In this document: positions 13,021-25,800 of the stretch, one piece after another | Layout of the letters: each line of letters opens with the position of its first letter | Numbering within the stretch: position 1 is the first letter of the stretch | Source of the DNA: Octopus sinensis | Taxonomy: Eukaryota | Assembly (NCBI RefSeq): GCF_006345805.1 | Contig: NC_043012.1 | Coordinates: 2,108,001 to 2,172,000, forward strand | Direction of reading: 5' to 3' | Length of the DNA stretch: 64,000 nt | Translations under genes and position numbers: made by a program | Notes under the pieces: model-generated | Seen by the model: only the letters and a program-made list of their open reading frames with translations | Databases searched by the model: none | Told to the model about the DNA's origin: nothing

Positions 13021-13414
13021 TAGCATATGATGGTAGATAACCTTCTTGGATAAAAAGATAGGCTGTCAATGTTTTCCACTATAAATATTCTCCACAAAAA
13101 TAATTCTCAAAGACTTTTTCTATGACATATTCCATATTCATCAACTTCTTTCTTTGGCTTCAATTCTACTTTATGCATTACAAGAATATAACACTATCTA
13201 CTTTTAGTATTTGACTATTTTGTTAATATTCCCCAATATTCCCCTGTCTTGTCATTAAGATACTTTGTAATTATTTAAGATTCAAAATTAGAATTGAGGA
13301 ATTTGGAATCCATATTTTATCTATTGATTATTTGATTTTACATTATTTGAAATAATTATTTGATTTTACATCAAAAACATTTTGCTACTATTAATAAATA
13401 ATGAATAGTTCATA

Positions 13415-13812
13415 GGCATAAGAGTGACTGTGTGGTAAGTAGCTTGCTTATGAACCACACGGTTCCGGGTTCAGTCCCACTGTGTGGCACCTTGGGCAAG
13501 TGTCTTCTACTATAGCCTTGGGCTGACCAAAGCCTTATGAGTGGATTTGTTAGACGGAAACTAAAAAGAAGCCTGTCATATATATGTATATATACATATG
13601 TGTGTATGTGTTTGTGTGTCTGTGTTTGTCCCCCCAACATCGCTTGACAACCGATGCTGGTGTATCTACATCCCTGTAACTTAGTAGTTCAGCAAAAGAG
13701 ACCGATAGAATAAGTATTAGAGATACAAAGAATAAGTCCTGGGGTCGATTTGCTCGACAAAAGGCGGTGCCCCAACATGGCCACAGTCAAATGACTGAAA
13801 CAAGTAAAAGAG
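13415..13812 (+). mobile_element. SINE family A
   Basis: Full-length similarity to 12371-12770. Confidence 0.9.
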
Positions 13813-15124
13813 CTCCAGATACCTAAAATAAATGCTTAGCAACTCCATATCTGAATGCAGTCTCCAGAGTTTGGAATCACTGTCCAAAACTGAATGAAAA
13901 TGATCAACCAACAATAAATTCCAAGTGGTGCAATTCTTATCAATATGAAGTGTTGACTTGGAGCCAGTCAGAGGGGAAGAAACAGGCCTAACTGGATAAT
14001 CATAATAAACCATTTGTTGGATCAGGTAGTCTATTGTATTGATTTAACAAAACAAAGTGAGTGTGTATGTTGTAGTTATTTTTAGACAGTCCTTTTTCCA
14101 CACAGTCACAGCCAGCTCTCAAAAATAAGATAAGATGTTGATCTAATGTCCAGTAGATGAATGTTTTGAATCCCATTAGCCCTTTGATGCTGTGTCAACA
14201 ATGAAATTATTAAGCCTCTTGTTGTTTCAGTAAATTTAGTCAAAATAAATATCACGAGTTAGGTTTTGGAATGAAAGTTTAGCAAGCATGTTCATTCTTT
14301 ACCTTTAGGTACCCACATTTTGCCTCTTTATCTTTAGGTACCCCAAGTCGATTTAGCTTTACGCAGGCTGTCCACCCTTTAGTATGATAGACTAGCTAAG
14401 TGCACCAACATTCCTCATTGCGGTGGGTCACCACAAGCGAATTCAAATCAATGGCATGAGAGCAGTTTTATTCCTCTTTGCAGTTTCAATGAGGAGAGAA
14501 TGGTCAGAAGATTTTCTTGTCATCATGCCTTGTGTTTTTCCCACACACCTCAACAGGAATAAGAAGCACAGTGAACCTATGTATCTTAATTAACAGAATT
14601 ATTCATGCTGCTGTATTTTCTTTTAGCAGCAAAATAAATGTGACAGTCAACTTTAACTTGCCTTCGTATTTCCTGATGTTCTTTATTATGATTCTCATTA
14701 ATCCAGAAGATTATGATATTACCAAGGCTTTAACCACATGCATCTTTTTCCCCTATGCTAAAAAACCAATATATAGTTTACAAGTATTTTGATTGACCAC
14801 AATGCTGTGTTTAAGTTTTTCTATGTGCCAATCAGTGACAATCAGATATCGCTCTAGTAGAAAGCTCCAGACAAGTTTCACAATTCCACTCCCTTAGGCC
14901 AATGGGCCCTCAGCCTTTATTCTCATTTTTCCCTGTCTGTATTTCTTGGAGGTTTAACTGTCCATTTCACATCTAATCTATCACACAAAAGTATCCAAAC
15001 CAAGTAAGTAGATAACTCACCCAATTACAAATTATTTCATGATGACAATATTTTGCTCAGATATTCTGATGCCAATGTGCTAAAGAAGTTTGGAAGTAGA
15101 TCATAGCATGCTTACATCTTAAGG

Positions 15125-15507
15125 GGAGGCGCAATGGCCCAGTGGTTAGGGCAGCAGACTCGCGGTCGTAGGATCGCGGTTTCGATTCCCAGACTGGGCG
15201 TTGTGAGTGTTTATTGAGCGAAAACACCTAAAGCTCCACGAGGCTCCGGCAGGGGATGGTGATGTTCCCTGCTGTACTCTTTCACCACAACTTTCTCTCA
15301 CTCTTACTTCCTGTTTCTGTTGTACCTGTATTTCAAAGGGCCGGCCTTGTCACTCTCTGTGTCACGCTGAATATCCCCAAGAATTACGTTAAGGGTACAC
15401 GTGTCTGTGGAGTGCTCAGCCACTTACACGTTAATTTCACGAGCAGGCTGTTCCGTTGATCGGATCAACCGGAACCCTCGTTGTCGTAGCCGACGGAGTG
15501 CTTCCAC
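15125..15507 (+). mobile_element. Full-length tRNA-derived SINE family B with 11-bp TSD
   Basis: ggaggcgcaatggcccagtggttaggg (A box)...ggtttcgattccc (B box); TSD acatcttaagg at 15114-15124 and 15508-15518. Confidence 0.92.
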
Positions 15508-17109
15508 ACATCTTAAGGCTTTGTTTATTTAACACGTTAACTGCCACAGCCTGTTATTGATGGTTGTGTGTTGTTTTGATGAACCACTGGTTGTACATGT
15601 GGCAGTTAACATGTTAAATACTTAGAGAAAAGAACAAAATATTTTTCTTCTCAGGCTGTGCTCACTTAGCATGCAAATTACTCTGTCAAATGTAATGCTT
15701 GTTAAATCACATTACTTTAAATTAACCATATATTTTCTTGTAGCTTCAAGATTTCAAGGATGCAACTGTTTATTTTAAGAATGACGTTTTAAGGTAGGGG
15801 CAAGAGCAGGATTTGGCTAGTTTAAATGCTAAAGGGTTAAATTGCCAAGTGGAAGTGTATATGTATACCTAAATCTTTCATCTCATAAGTTAGTAATAAA
15901 GAGGAGCAAACACCAAGAGGGGGACTTGCAAAATCATAGCAGCATTTCAAATCTACTCTCAGTAAATAACACTGATTTTTAACTTGGTACAAAGGTGAGG
16001 GCATGTAGCCTAGTGGCTAGTGTGCTGCACTCACAATCATTAGATTGTAGGTTCATTTTCTGGACAAATTGGAACGTTGCATTTTATGCAAAACACTTCA
16101 TTTCACATCGCCCCAGTCAACTCAGCTGTAAATAAGTGACCCTGTGATGGATTAGCCTGGGGGAATGTTGGCCTCTTTGCCTACCCAGTGGGGTGATAGT
16201 TCCTTCTTGAGTCATCTAGACTCATAGGGCCAGTTTCCCAGTTTCTGTGACATATATGTCTCCCCCACTTCCTGGATGGGATGCCAGTCCATCATAGGAT
16301 TATTCATTTTTTCCAGCTGAGTGGACTGGAGCAACATGAAATAAAGTGCTTTGCTCAAGAACAAAGTGCATTGCCCAGTCCAAGAATCAAAACCACAATC
16401 TGATAATCATGAATCCAATACCCTAACCACTGGCATGTTAGTGGCACTTAGCACACTCTGTTAAGTGGTTGGCATTAGGAAGGGCATCCAGCCAGAGAAA
16501 CCCTGCCACAACAGACAGTTGGAGTCTGGACAGCTTCATGTCAAGACTTCAAACTCATGCCAGTATGGAAAGTTGATGCTAAACGATGATGATGATGACG
16601 ATGCTGATGCTGCTGATGATGATGACAATGCTGCTGATGATGATGGTGATTCCAGAAAGCTCCAGTCAGGTTATTAATAATGTTTTGCTCTCATCTCGAC
16701 CAGTGCTGCTGCTGCTGTTGCTACTCCATACACAACCATCCTACACTCAGCGACATCTTAAAACAGAGGCACACTGGGCAGTCACCTGAAGGATGCACAG
16801 GTCAAGGGGCCTAATTTTTATCGATGTATGCTGTGGCTTGCTGTCAATAGATAAATACCATATAGCCCCAGTGCATTGATTTGCCTAGGGGCTAATAATG
16901 GCACAAAGATGGCTCTGCCCTCTCTAATCCAAACAAAATTCACTTGAATGATTAATGTAAAATCAATCTCCTACATGTCTGAGTCTCCAGTCCAGAGGCA
17001 TGCTGTCCACTCTTTCCATATTTTCTGCCTTAACCCTTCAGTATTTAAACTGACCATATCCAGCCCAAATATTTTCCATGTTTTATGTGCAAACCAGTCA
17101 GGTTTCGCC

Positions 17110-17915
17110 TCTCACACATATCCTACAATGTCATTCTAAAAATATAGGGTTGTAAGAAATGAAGCTAGGATGCTCCACTGGATGTGTAATGTCAGTGTGC
17201 ATGGATGACAGAGCGTAAGTGTCCTGAGAGAAAAGCTGGACATAAGAAGCATCAGATGTAGTGTGCAAGAGAGACAACTGCACTGGTATGGTCATGTGAT
17301 GCATATGGATGAGGACAGCTGTGTGAAGGAGTGTCACACTCTAATGGTGGAGGGAACCTGTGGAAGAAGTAGACCCAGGAAGACATGGGACAAGGTGGTG
17401 AAGCACGACCTTCGAATGTTGGACCTCACAGGGGCAATGACAAGTGACTGAGACCTTTGGAGATATGCTGTGCTTGAGAAGACCTGTCAAGCCAAGTGAG
17501 ACCATAGTTGTGGCTGATGTCGGTGCCACATAACTGGCCCATTAAAAGTACCCTTCAATCATTGGGTGATATGCTGTGCTTGTGAAGAAATGTTGAACCA
17601 AGTGAAATTATAGCCATGACCAATTCCAGTGCCATCTAACTGGCATCTGTGCCAGTGACATGTAAAAAGCATCATTTGAGCATTGGGCCACATGGAGGCA
17701 GTGACATCAAGCCAAGTGAGACCTGTTGAACTGAGCGAAATCATAGTCATGGTTGATGCTGGTGGCATGTAAAAAGCACCTTTCAAACATTGGGTCTCAT
17801 AAAGGCAGTGACTGGAGATCAAGACCTTTGGTGATATACTGTGCTTGTGTAGACCTGTTAAGCCAAGCGAGACCATAGTTATGACCGATACCGGTGTCAG
17901 GTCAATAGCACCACA
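17110..17915 (+). mobile_element. Older RTE LINE 3' fragment (ORF2 C-terminus plus repetitive 3'UTR)
   Basis: QERQLHWYGHVMHMDEDSCVKECHTLMVEGTCGRSRPRKTWDKVVKHDL, homologous to the ORF at 42115-43260. Confidence 0.85.
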
Positions 17916-18483
17916 AGCAAGCAAGAAAGAAACTGACTTTTAATGTATTATAGATATATATAAGCACAGACATGGCTGTGTGTTTGTTAGGAAGCTTGCT
18001 TCCCAACCATAGTTTTTGGGTCAGATTCCTCTGTGTGGCACCTTGGACAGGTGTCTTCTACTAAGGTGGCAAGCTGGCAGAATCGTTAGCACACCGGGCA
18101 AAATATTTAGTGGTATTTCGTCTGCCATTACGTTCTGAGTTCAATTTCCGCCAAGGTTGACTTAGCCTTTCATCCTTTCGGGGTCGATCAAATAAGTACC
18201 AGTTACACACTGGGGTTGATATAATCGACTTAATCCCTTTGTCTGTCCTTGTTTGTCCTCTCTGTGTTTAGTCTCTTGTGGGCAGTAAAGAAATAGGTGT
18301 CTTCTACTACAGCCTTGTGAGTAGATTTGCTAGATGGAAACTGAAAGAATCCCAACAACAGCACCAACAGTAGCAGCGGTAGCAACAGCAACAACAGCAA
18401 TAGTAGAAATGACATTGACTCCACGCACCCAAGGAAATACATTGAATGCATGGGAACTTATGTAACATCTCTCCAACCATAGA

Positions 18484-18760
18484 TCCTCCTTCAGGGTCCC
18501 AGAAAGGAAATAAGTAACATCACTGGCCAGTCATATCTGGAAATTGAAGGAAGATGGAATTCCATATTTGATATCATGAAAAATCCTCCAACATCCAGGT
18601 CTGTACATAAATGGAACAAAATGCTGCAAGCTATGTGTAGCTAAATGCATAGAAATCCTGAAAAACATGCATGTACCAGGGACCATACTGAAGTTCAGAA
18701 TGGAGATTTTCAAGCCGTGCTTGCATTTCAGGAGATTCTTGTTAATGTTTTGGGAACCGC
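18484..18760 (+). mobile_element. Possible R4/Dong-clade LINE C-terminal relic abutting a (TAA)n tract
   Basis: Frameshifted translation ...YLEIEGRWNSIFDI... and HVPGTI.EVQ....RRFL loosely recalls RLE-LINE tails; immediately followed by (TAA)n, the known Dong target. Confidence 0.3.
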
Positions 18761-18772
18761 ATAATAATAATG

Positions 18773-18823
<51 letters not shown>

Positions 18824-19043
18824 TAATAATAACAGTATTGGTGATAATTACACCACAGCTGGAAATTGATTGCTGATGAGAGTAGGGAATAACTCCCTAC
18901 CTTTTACCTTCATAGCCGACAGATGGCGTGACTGAGGACGACTCAGCTGGAAACTGATGAATGGCACCAAAGGGAGATGATCCCCATTATTTATATCTGT
19001 ATTGTTTCTCCCCTCCATATTTTAAAGAGGCCATAGGCCATCA

Positions 19044-19113
19044 GGTCTAATGTCTGAAGATATGCCATAAAGGTGCCCTTTGTGGTGAGAAACCCAGGGT
19101 AACCCTATAAACC
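19044..19113 (+). ncRNA. Type I hammerhead-ribozyme-like motif, stem I degenerate
   Basis: CUGAAGA (19054-60), long stem II (GCCAUAAAGG/CCUUUGUGGU), GAAA, stem III ACC-cag-GGU, cleavage triplet GUA. Confidence 0.55.
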
Positions 19114-19833
19114 GGCCTTAGCCAGTGATTAATATGTGTGTGTATATATATATGTATTTATGAGTATGTGTCTGTACTCACACCAACACTTGACAACCAA
19201 TGCTGGTGTGATTACATCCCTGTAACTTAGTGGTCCGGTAAAAGAGTCTGATAGAGTAAGTACTAGGATTACAAGGAATAATCCTGGGGTCGATTTTTTT
19301 CGACTAAAAACCCTTTAAGGTGGTGCTCCAGCATGGCTGCAGTCAACTGACTGAAACAAATAAAAGAATATATATATATATACATACACACACACACACA
19401 CACACACAACAGGCTGCTCCCAGTTTCCATCTGTGAAAGCTACTAACAAGGCTTGGCCCAAGGTGCCATGCAGTGAGATAGAACCCAGAACTATGTGGTT
19501 GGCAAGCAAACTTCTTAATACATATCCCTTCCTCTGTGTATGCTAGAAACAGGCTTCAAACAAACAATGAATAAACAAATAATAAAAAAGAAAAGAAAGA
19601 CTAATTTGAAGGTGAATGATTTATTTGTAAACCAGCAGCTGTCCAAATGTGGAAGGAAATCAAGATATGGAACTGAAAGAGAATCTTTTTTTGTGTTTCT
19701 TTTTTGTTTTTGTTACTTTTTATCTTGAAACCTGATTTAAGTGAATCATAATTAGTAAGTTGTCATAAAATTTGATAATAGATAGATACAATAGATAAAT
19801 AGACAGACAGATAGATAGAAAGATAGATAAACT

Positions 19834-19892
<59 letters not shown>

Positions 19893-20130
19893 GTTGTTCT
19901 TTAGACACAGGTCAGCTATGGTCATTTCATCTTTTTTTATTGTTTTTTTTTCTCCCTGGGATTTCTATCCTTAGGGTTACATAATCAAATGTGTCCTCTT
20001 TTTAAAGACAATAGCATGTGATCTGAAGGAGATTTGACTGTGATTTCTAACAGGTTGAGCAATAACATAGAAATTCCCTCATGGTTGAACAGACAAATAG
20101 ATGGATGGAAAGACAAACAGATAGCTAGCT

Positions 20131-20192
<62 letters not shown>

Positions 20193-20315
20193 TTCATATA
20201 CACATATAGATATAGTGAGATAGATAGATAGATTCAAACGTATATACAGAGATAATGAGAAAGAGGTAAAGAGAGATGCAAACAGGCAGATAGATAGATA
20301 TATATAGAGAGTCAT

Positions 20316-20361
<46 letters not shown>

Positions 20362-20732
20362 ATAGTGAGATATAGAGAGAAAAGATGTGGGCAGACTAAT
20401 ACAGTGTGAGAAAAATAGATATACAGAGTGAGAGAGAGAGAGAGTAAGAGGGAGAGAGAGAGAGAAACAAAGAAGCATATAGATGGATATATAAGTTAAA
20501 GGAACAAAGTCATACAAAAAAATATCTCCATCAATCGAAAATTTTTTTTCATATGGAATCCAGTACACCATCCTTTAACATAATTATTTAAATGCATGCC
20601 ATTGTTTCCTTTGAATTGTTTCCCTTGGCTCATTTTATTTTTAATAATGCAAATTAATCAGGCTAAGAAACAGTCATAACTCATTTTCTATATGTGAAAA
20701 ATGCATTTACTGATCTGCGGGCTTGGTTAAAC

Positions 20733-20781
20733 ACTACTATGCTGATGAGGTTTAAATAGACTGAAACATGTTGATAGTTGT
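20733..20781 (+). ncRNA. Minimal type I hammerhead ribozyme motif with palindromic stem III
   Basis: acuacuaug-CUGAUGA-GGUUU-aaau-AGACU-GAA-ACAUGU-U-gauaguugu: canonical core, 5-bp stem II, 7 of 9 pairs in stem I. Confidence 0.7.
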
Positions 20782-21960
20782 CCTGCACTTCCAAGCAGAG
20801 ATCACTGCCCATTCCCCAAGTTATCTCCGCTTCTCTTTGATTGTTGCTAATAATTCCGACTAAGTTTTTGCTTCCTTTCTCCAACTAAAAGGGAAATTTC
20901 AGCTGATTAAGAGGCTTTTTTTAATATATATATATATATATATATACTTAGCGGTTCGGCAAAAGAGACTGATAGAATAAGTACTGGGCTTACAAAGAAT
21001 GTCCCAGGGTTGAGTTGCTCGACTAAAGGTGGTGCTCCAGCATGGCCGCAGTCAACTGACTGAAACAAGTAAAAGAGTAAAAAAGAGTAAAGAGTAATAT
21101 ATATGGCAATTCAGTACATCACTTCTTAACTTAATGTCTGAATTCAAACCATTGGTCCATTTGAGTTATTTCCCTTGCCTCATGTAATTTTTAATTGCGC
21201 AAATTATTTTTCCCTCAAAACATTCGTCATATCTTTTGTTCATTTGGTCATTTTTTAGCTTGTTTGTTTGCTTTTACGTCCATTCTTCTATACTAGCATG
21301 GGTTAGATGAATATATTGTTGAGGCATTGTTTTTCCGATGGATGCTCTTCCTGTCACTAACCCTTATCTGATTTTCAAGTAAAAAGTCTCTTATGCTCTA
21401 CAACTTCTTTGAGAGTAGTTAACAACTGCAATTACCTTTTTTTTTCATTCTTCACTTTTTTGTTTTATTTTCTTTCTCCAATAAAAAGGAATTTTCAATC
21501 AAGATTATTTTGCATATAGCGGTCAGTACATCATTCACTAATTAATAACTTAATTATCCAAATTTATGTTATTGACCCTTTTATATTATTTTCTTTAGCT
21601 CACTTTAGATAGATGGATAAATAGGTATTGGGTTAATGTTTGTTTCTATGTTCAGTCATAATAAAAACAATTTTACATTAATCTGATGGGCTACTCTACA
21701 CTTTTGTAGAGTAGAAGTTTATCATTCTTAAACAAGAATATTTCAGCCAGTTAAGTCATTGTCAGACAATGGCTTAACCGGCTGAAACTTAGAAGTATTC
21801 TTCTTTAAGAATAATAAATAGATAGATAGATAAATACGGAGATAGTGAGAGATATATAGACAGATAAATAGGTAGACTATTATAAAGTTGATGGTTAGAT
21901 ATCTACAGATAGACAAATAGAGAAAGTGTGACAAGATGATTATACACACACACACACACA

Positions 21961-22196
21961 CAGGGTGTTCAAAAAGTCTCTCCGCAGTGAATATTTTTCA
22001 TCCTGCGCATCACCATGGCACTACTTCAAGAGTTTTTTGGTGAACGAATTATATCGAAGGGACCTTGGCCACCAAAATCACCTGATTTAACACCACCAGA
22101 CTTTTTTTTTCTAGGGAGCAAGTAAAGGACCAGTGTATAAGAATTGCCCGGAAACCATTAAATACTTACTGCAAGAGAGACTTCTTGAACACCTTG
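21961..22196 (+). mobile_element. Internally deleted Tc1/mariner-superfamily element
   Basis: TIRs cagggtgttcaaaaagtctct / agagacttcttgaacaccttg + TA; internal remnant WPPKSPDLTPPDFF..G...VY. Confidence 0.8.
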
Positions 22197-22200
22197 TATG

Positions 22201-22239
<39 letters not shown>

Positions 22240-22556
22240 ATATACATATATATATATATACACACACACATACATATATATATATACATACACACACACA
22301 CATATATATATATATATAATATATATATATATTATATATATATATAATATATATATACACATATATATGTGTGTGTGTATGTGTACATATGTGTGTATGT
22401 GTATAAACATGGAGATATATAGACACAGGTTGGTATGTAGAGTGTTACCTGTGAATATATTATGCAGAAAGAGAGAAAGACTATTTAAGAGACAGATAGA
22501 TACTTATCAGAAAAGTGCAGAGATAGTGATATTATTTCATGATTAGACAGAGAGGG

Positions 22557-22641
<85 letters not shown>

Positions 22642-22742
22642 AGCAAAAGAGATGATAGAGAGATGGGAAGAGAGAAAGAAAGTGAGAGAAAGTCAATAGA
22701 AAGATAGAGATTTCAGTAGATTTTCAATACATTGATAAAAGT

Positions 22743-22889
22743 TCAGTGCAGCCGATACTTTTTGGATGATTTCAGATTAATGTAAGATTTCTTTAGAGAA
22801 TCTTCGTCATCTTTATTAAATAGAGTGAACCTTTCTCCTTTAGTACTAACGACCTTGTTGTCTAAATAACGCACCAGTTTCTTGGGTAC
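22743..22889 (-). CDS. CUEDC2: CUEDC2 terminal coding exon 8 ([21 protein letters not shown]...KKYRLH*)
   Basis: ctctctacttacag acceptor; highly conserved C-terminus; TGA at 22743-22745. Confidence 0.97.
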   Translation of the reverse strand, partial: VPKKLVRYLDNKVVSTKGERFTLFNKDDEDSLKKSYINLKSSKKYRLH

Positions 22890-25800
22890 CTGTAAGTAGA
22901 GAGTGAGAGAGAGAGAGAGAAAGTGAAAGGAAGGACGTACAAAGTATAGTGAAGATGGTGGTGGCAATGGAGATGGTGGTAGTGATGAGGAATAAAACTT
23001 GATGCTGAACTTAATTGTCGATGTAAAGTATGAATGTTAATGTGAAATATTAGCATAAAATATCAACGTGAAATGTCAGTGTGATATATGAGCATAAAAT
23101 ATCAACGTGAAATGTCAATGTGATATATGAGCATAAAATATCAACATAGGTTTTATGTGGATCATGCAGACATAGAAAAAAAAAAAAAAAGGGAGTGAAG
23201 AGCTGTATCATCTGAAATAGAAATGTATGTGGTTAGAAATAAACCAAGAACATTAGTAGAATAGGCAGGGAAGAGTATGGAGACATAAGATTTGGGGTGC
23301 ATTAAAGTGATAGTATGAATGAGAGAGAGAGGGAGGGAGAGACAGAGAGAGTGGGTGAGGGGAAGAGGGGAGTGAGAAAGGAGTGTGAGAGAAGAGAGCG
23401 AGGGAGAAGAATGAGAAGAGAGAGGAGAGATTGAGAGAGAGAGGGGAGAGAGTGAGTGGGGAAGTGAGCAAAAGAATAGAGGGAGAGAGAGCAAGAGGAG
23501 AGAGAGAGCAAGGGGAGAGAGAGCAAGAGGAGAGAGAGAGCAAGAAGAGAGAGAGAGCAAGGGCAGAGAGAGAGCAAGAGGAGAGAGAGAGAGAGATGTG
23601 TTGATAGAATGGACTGACAGGAAACTTCTAATCCAAGAATTAAAAAAGAGACAAAAACAAACCCAGTTTCACACATACTTCTGGAATGGTTGCCATGGTT
23701 GGATGCCTTTCCTAAAGCTGTTTTTGGAGAGTGTGCTGAGAACATTCTCTTGTAACACCAAACACTTAGAGAGATTGTCATGCCCTCAGCAAGACTAAAA
23801 AGTTCTTTCTGTCCTATATTGTCATCATTCATTGAACAAATACTTTATAGAGGGCACTGGGTGAATTTTATGATAGTACCAATAATAGAGAAGTTGCCTT
23901 GTCTTCTGCTAGATCAGGAGTGGGGAAACTTTTTAGAGTGGCGGGCAAAAATCTCCAAAGAAAAAGGTCCGTGGGCAGATCACAAGTTCTAAGTCTTATA
24001 TCTGTGTAAATCTTATCTCTTACTTTATTGCCCACAAGGGGCAGATGAAATACCACTAAACATTTCGCCCAGCAGGCTAATGTTTCTTATTTCTTTATTG
24101 CCCACAAGGGGCTAAACACAGAGGGGACAAACAAGGACAGACAGAGGGATTAAGTCAATTACATTGACCCCAATGCGTAACTGATACTTAATTTATCACC
24201 CCAAAAGGATGAAACGCAAAGTTGACCTCGGTGGAATTTGAACTTAGAACATAACGGCAGACGAAATACTGCTAAGCATTTCGCCCGGCGTGCTAATGCT
24301 TCTGCCAGCTCGCCGCCTTGTTAATCTGTGTAAATCTTGTATATATCTATGTATAATTCGAGACACATTAATAAAGATAAGTTTAAGACATTAAATTAAT
24401 GCGTAACATCTTCATTAATGCTTCTATTGAATTTAGGACGTTTGTATTAAAATAATAATAATAATAATAATAATTGTGTACAGTGCTCAGGTGCACTACA
24501 ACTCATCTAAAGTGAATCCATGCCCAGGGAAACAAGGCGCTCAGAATATGGTAGGTGTCTGATGGAGGGTATGCGTTTGGTTGCACGTCTCTGGACAGAT
24601 TCCAGGAGGTCAATGTTCTGTGCAAGATAGGGGTTCCAAACTGATGATGCGAATTCCAAGTGTGGTCGTACAATAGCTGTATACAGTTTTAAATAGATGG
24701 CTGGAGAGCGGCTAACAAAAGACCTGCTGAGTGATGCCAAGACACCCTCGGCCTTCCTGACAATCTTAGAGATATGCTTTGACCAACGCAAATCACTGCT
24801 GACAGTGATGCCTAGGTCACGCTCGCAAGAGGATTTCTTGATATCAGTGTTGTGGAGGGAGTATGTGAACGCAGGGTTTTTTCTCCCAAAATGCATGGTG
24901 GTACACTTGTCCACAGCCAGTTTCAGTTGCCAGTCTGTGATCCATTGCTGTGATCCATTACTTATGAGGTAGTCTATATTTTTCAGCTAGAGTCTAGTTG
25001 GGTCTCAAGTAGGTGGTACAAACCTAGTAATATGTGTTTTATAGTGAAAACAAAATTTCCATTCAAATGGCAATTACTGGGCGATTTTCTGTTTGAGTCT
25101 AATCATTTTAAGTTGTAGTGGAAATGCGACCTGTCGCAAATAGGCATACGAATATTGTATAAATTTTATAATTGAAAAATTTACTATATTTTGAACATAC
25201 AAATATACCAGCCTGCGGGTGCAATAAAATGGGCTCGCAGGTGCAATTGCACCTGTGGGCAGGGCCTTCCCCCACCCCTGTACTAGACTAAAGAATCCTC
25301 ATCACCCTATGTTTCCTCCACTTGTTCAAGGCAAATAATGTAACCAAAAGGGTTAATATGATAGAGAAAGATAGATAGATAGATAGAGAGAGGGAGGGAA
25401 GGAGAGAGAGAAATGACAGGGAAGAAACCTAAATGAAAGGATAGGGAATATGAATATGCTGAGAAAGACAAAGTAACAGGAGAGAGAAGATGATAGGAAA
25501 TTGAGTGGTAAAAGGGAAATGGTGATATATCAGTTATATGACACACACAGACACTGTGTGTCTTAGGGTGGAGCAAGAAATGCAACTTTCAAAATTGGAT
25601 AGCCAAGAATATTTTGTTGCAAATTAGGGTTAAAAGAAAGGCGTACAAAGAACTTTCCAGTTGAATATTTTTTTCGAGCTCTGCAACACAATTGAAAATT
25701 TTTATAATTGCTATTTTTGGTCGAATTTTGGATTTCTGGACTATAAGTCATAACGAATATATATTTCTACATAGCAGAATGCAAAGCAGTAAATATAGTA

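Noticed and set aside
15125-15200. tRNA gene candidates (also 36595, 37500-37592 and others)
   Set aside because: A and B boxes are present but continue into SINE bodies; no complete cloverleaf.
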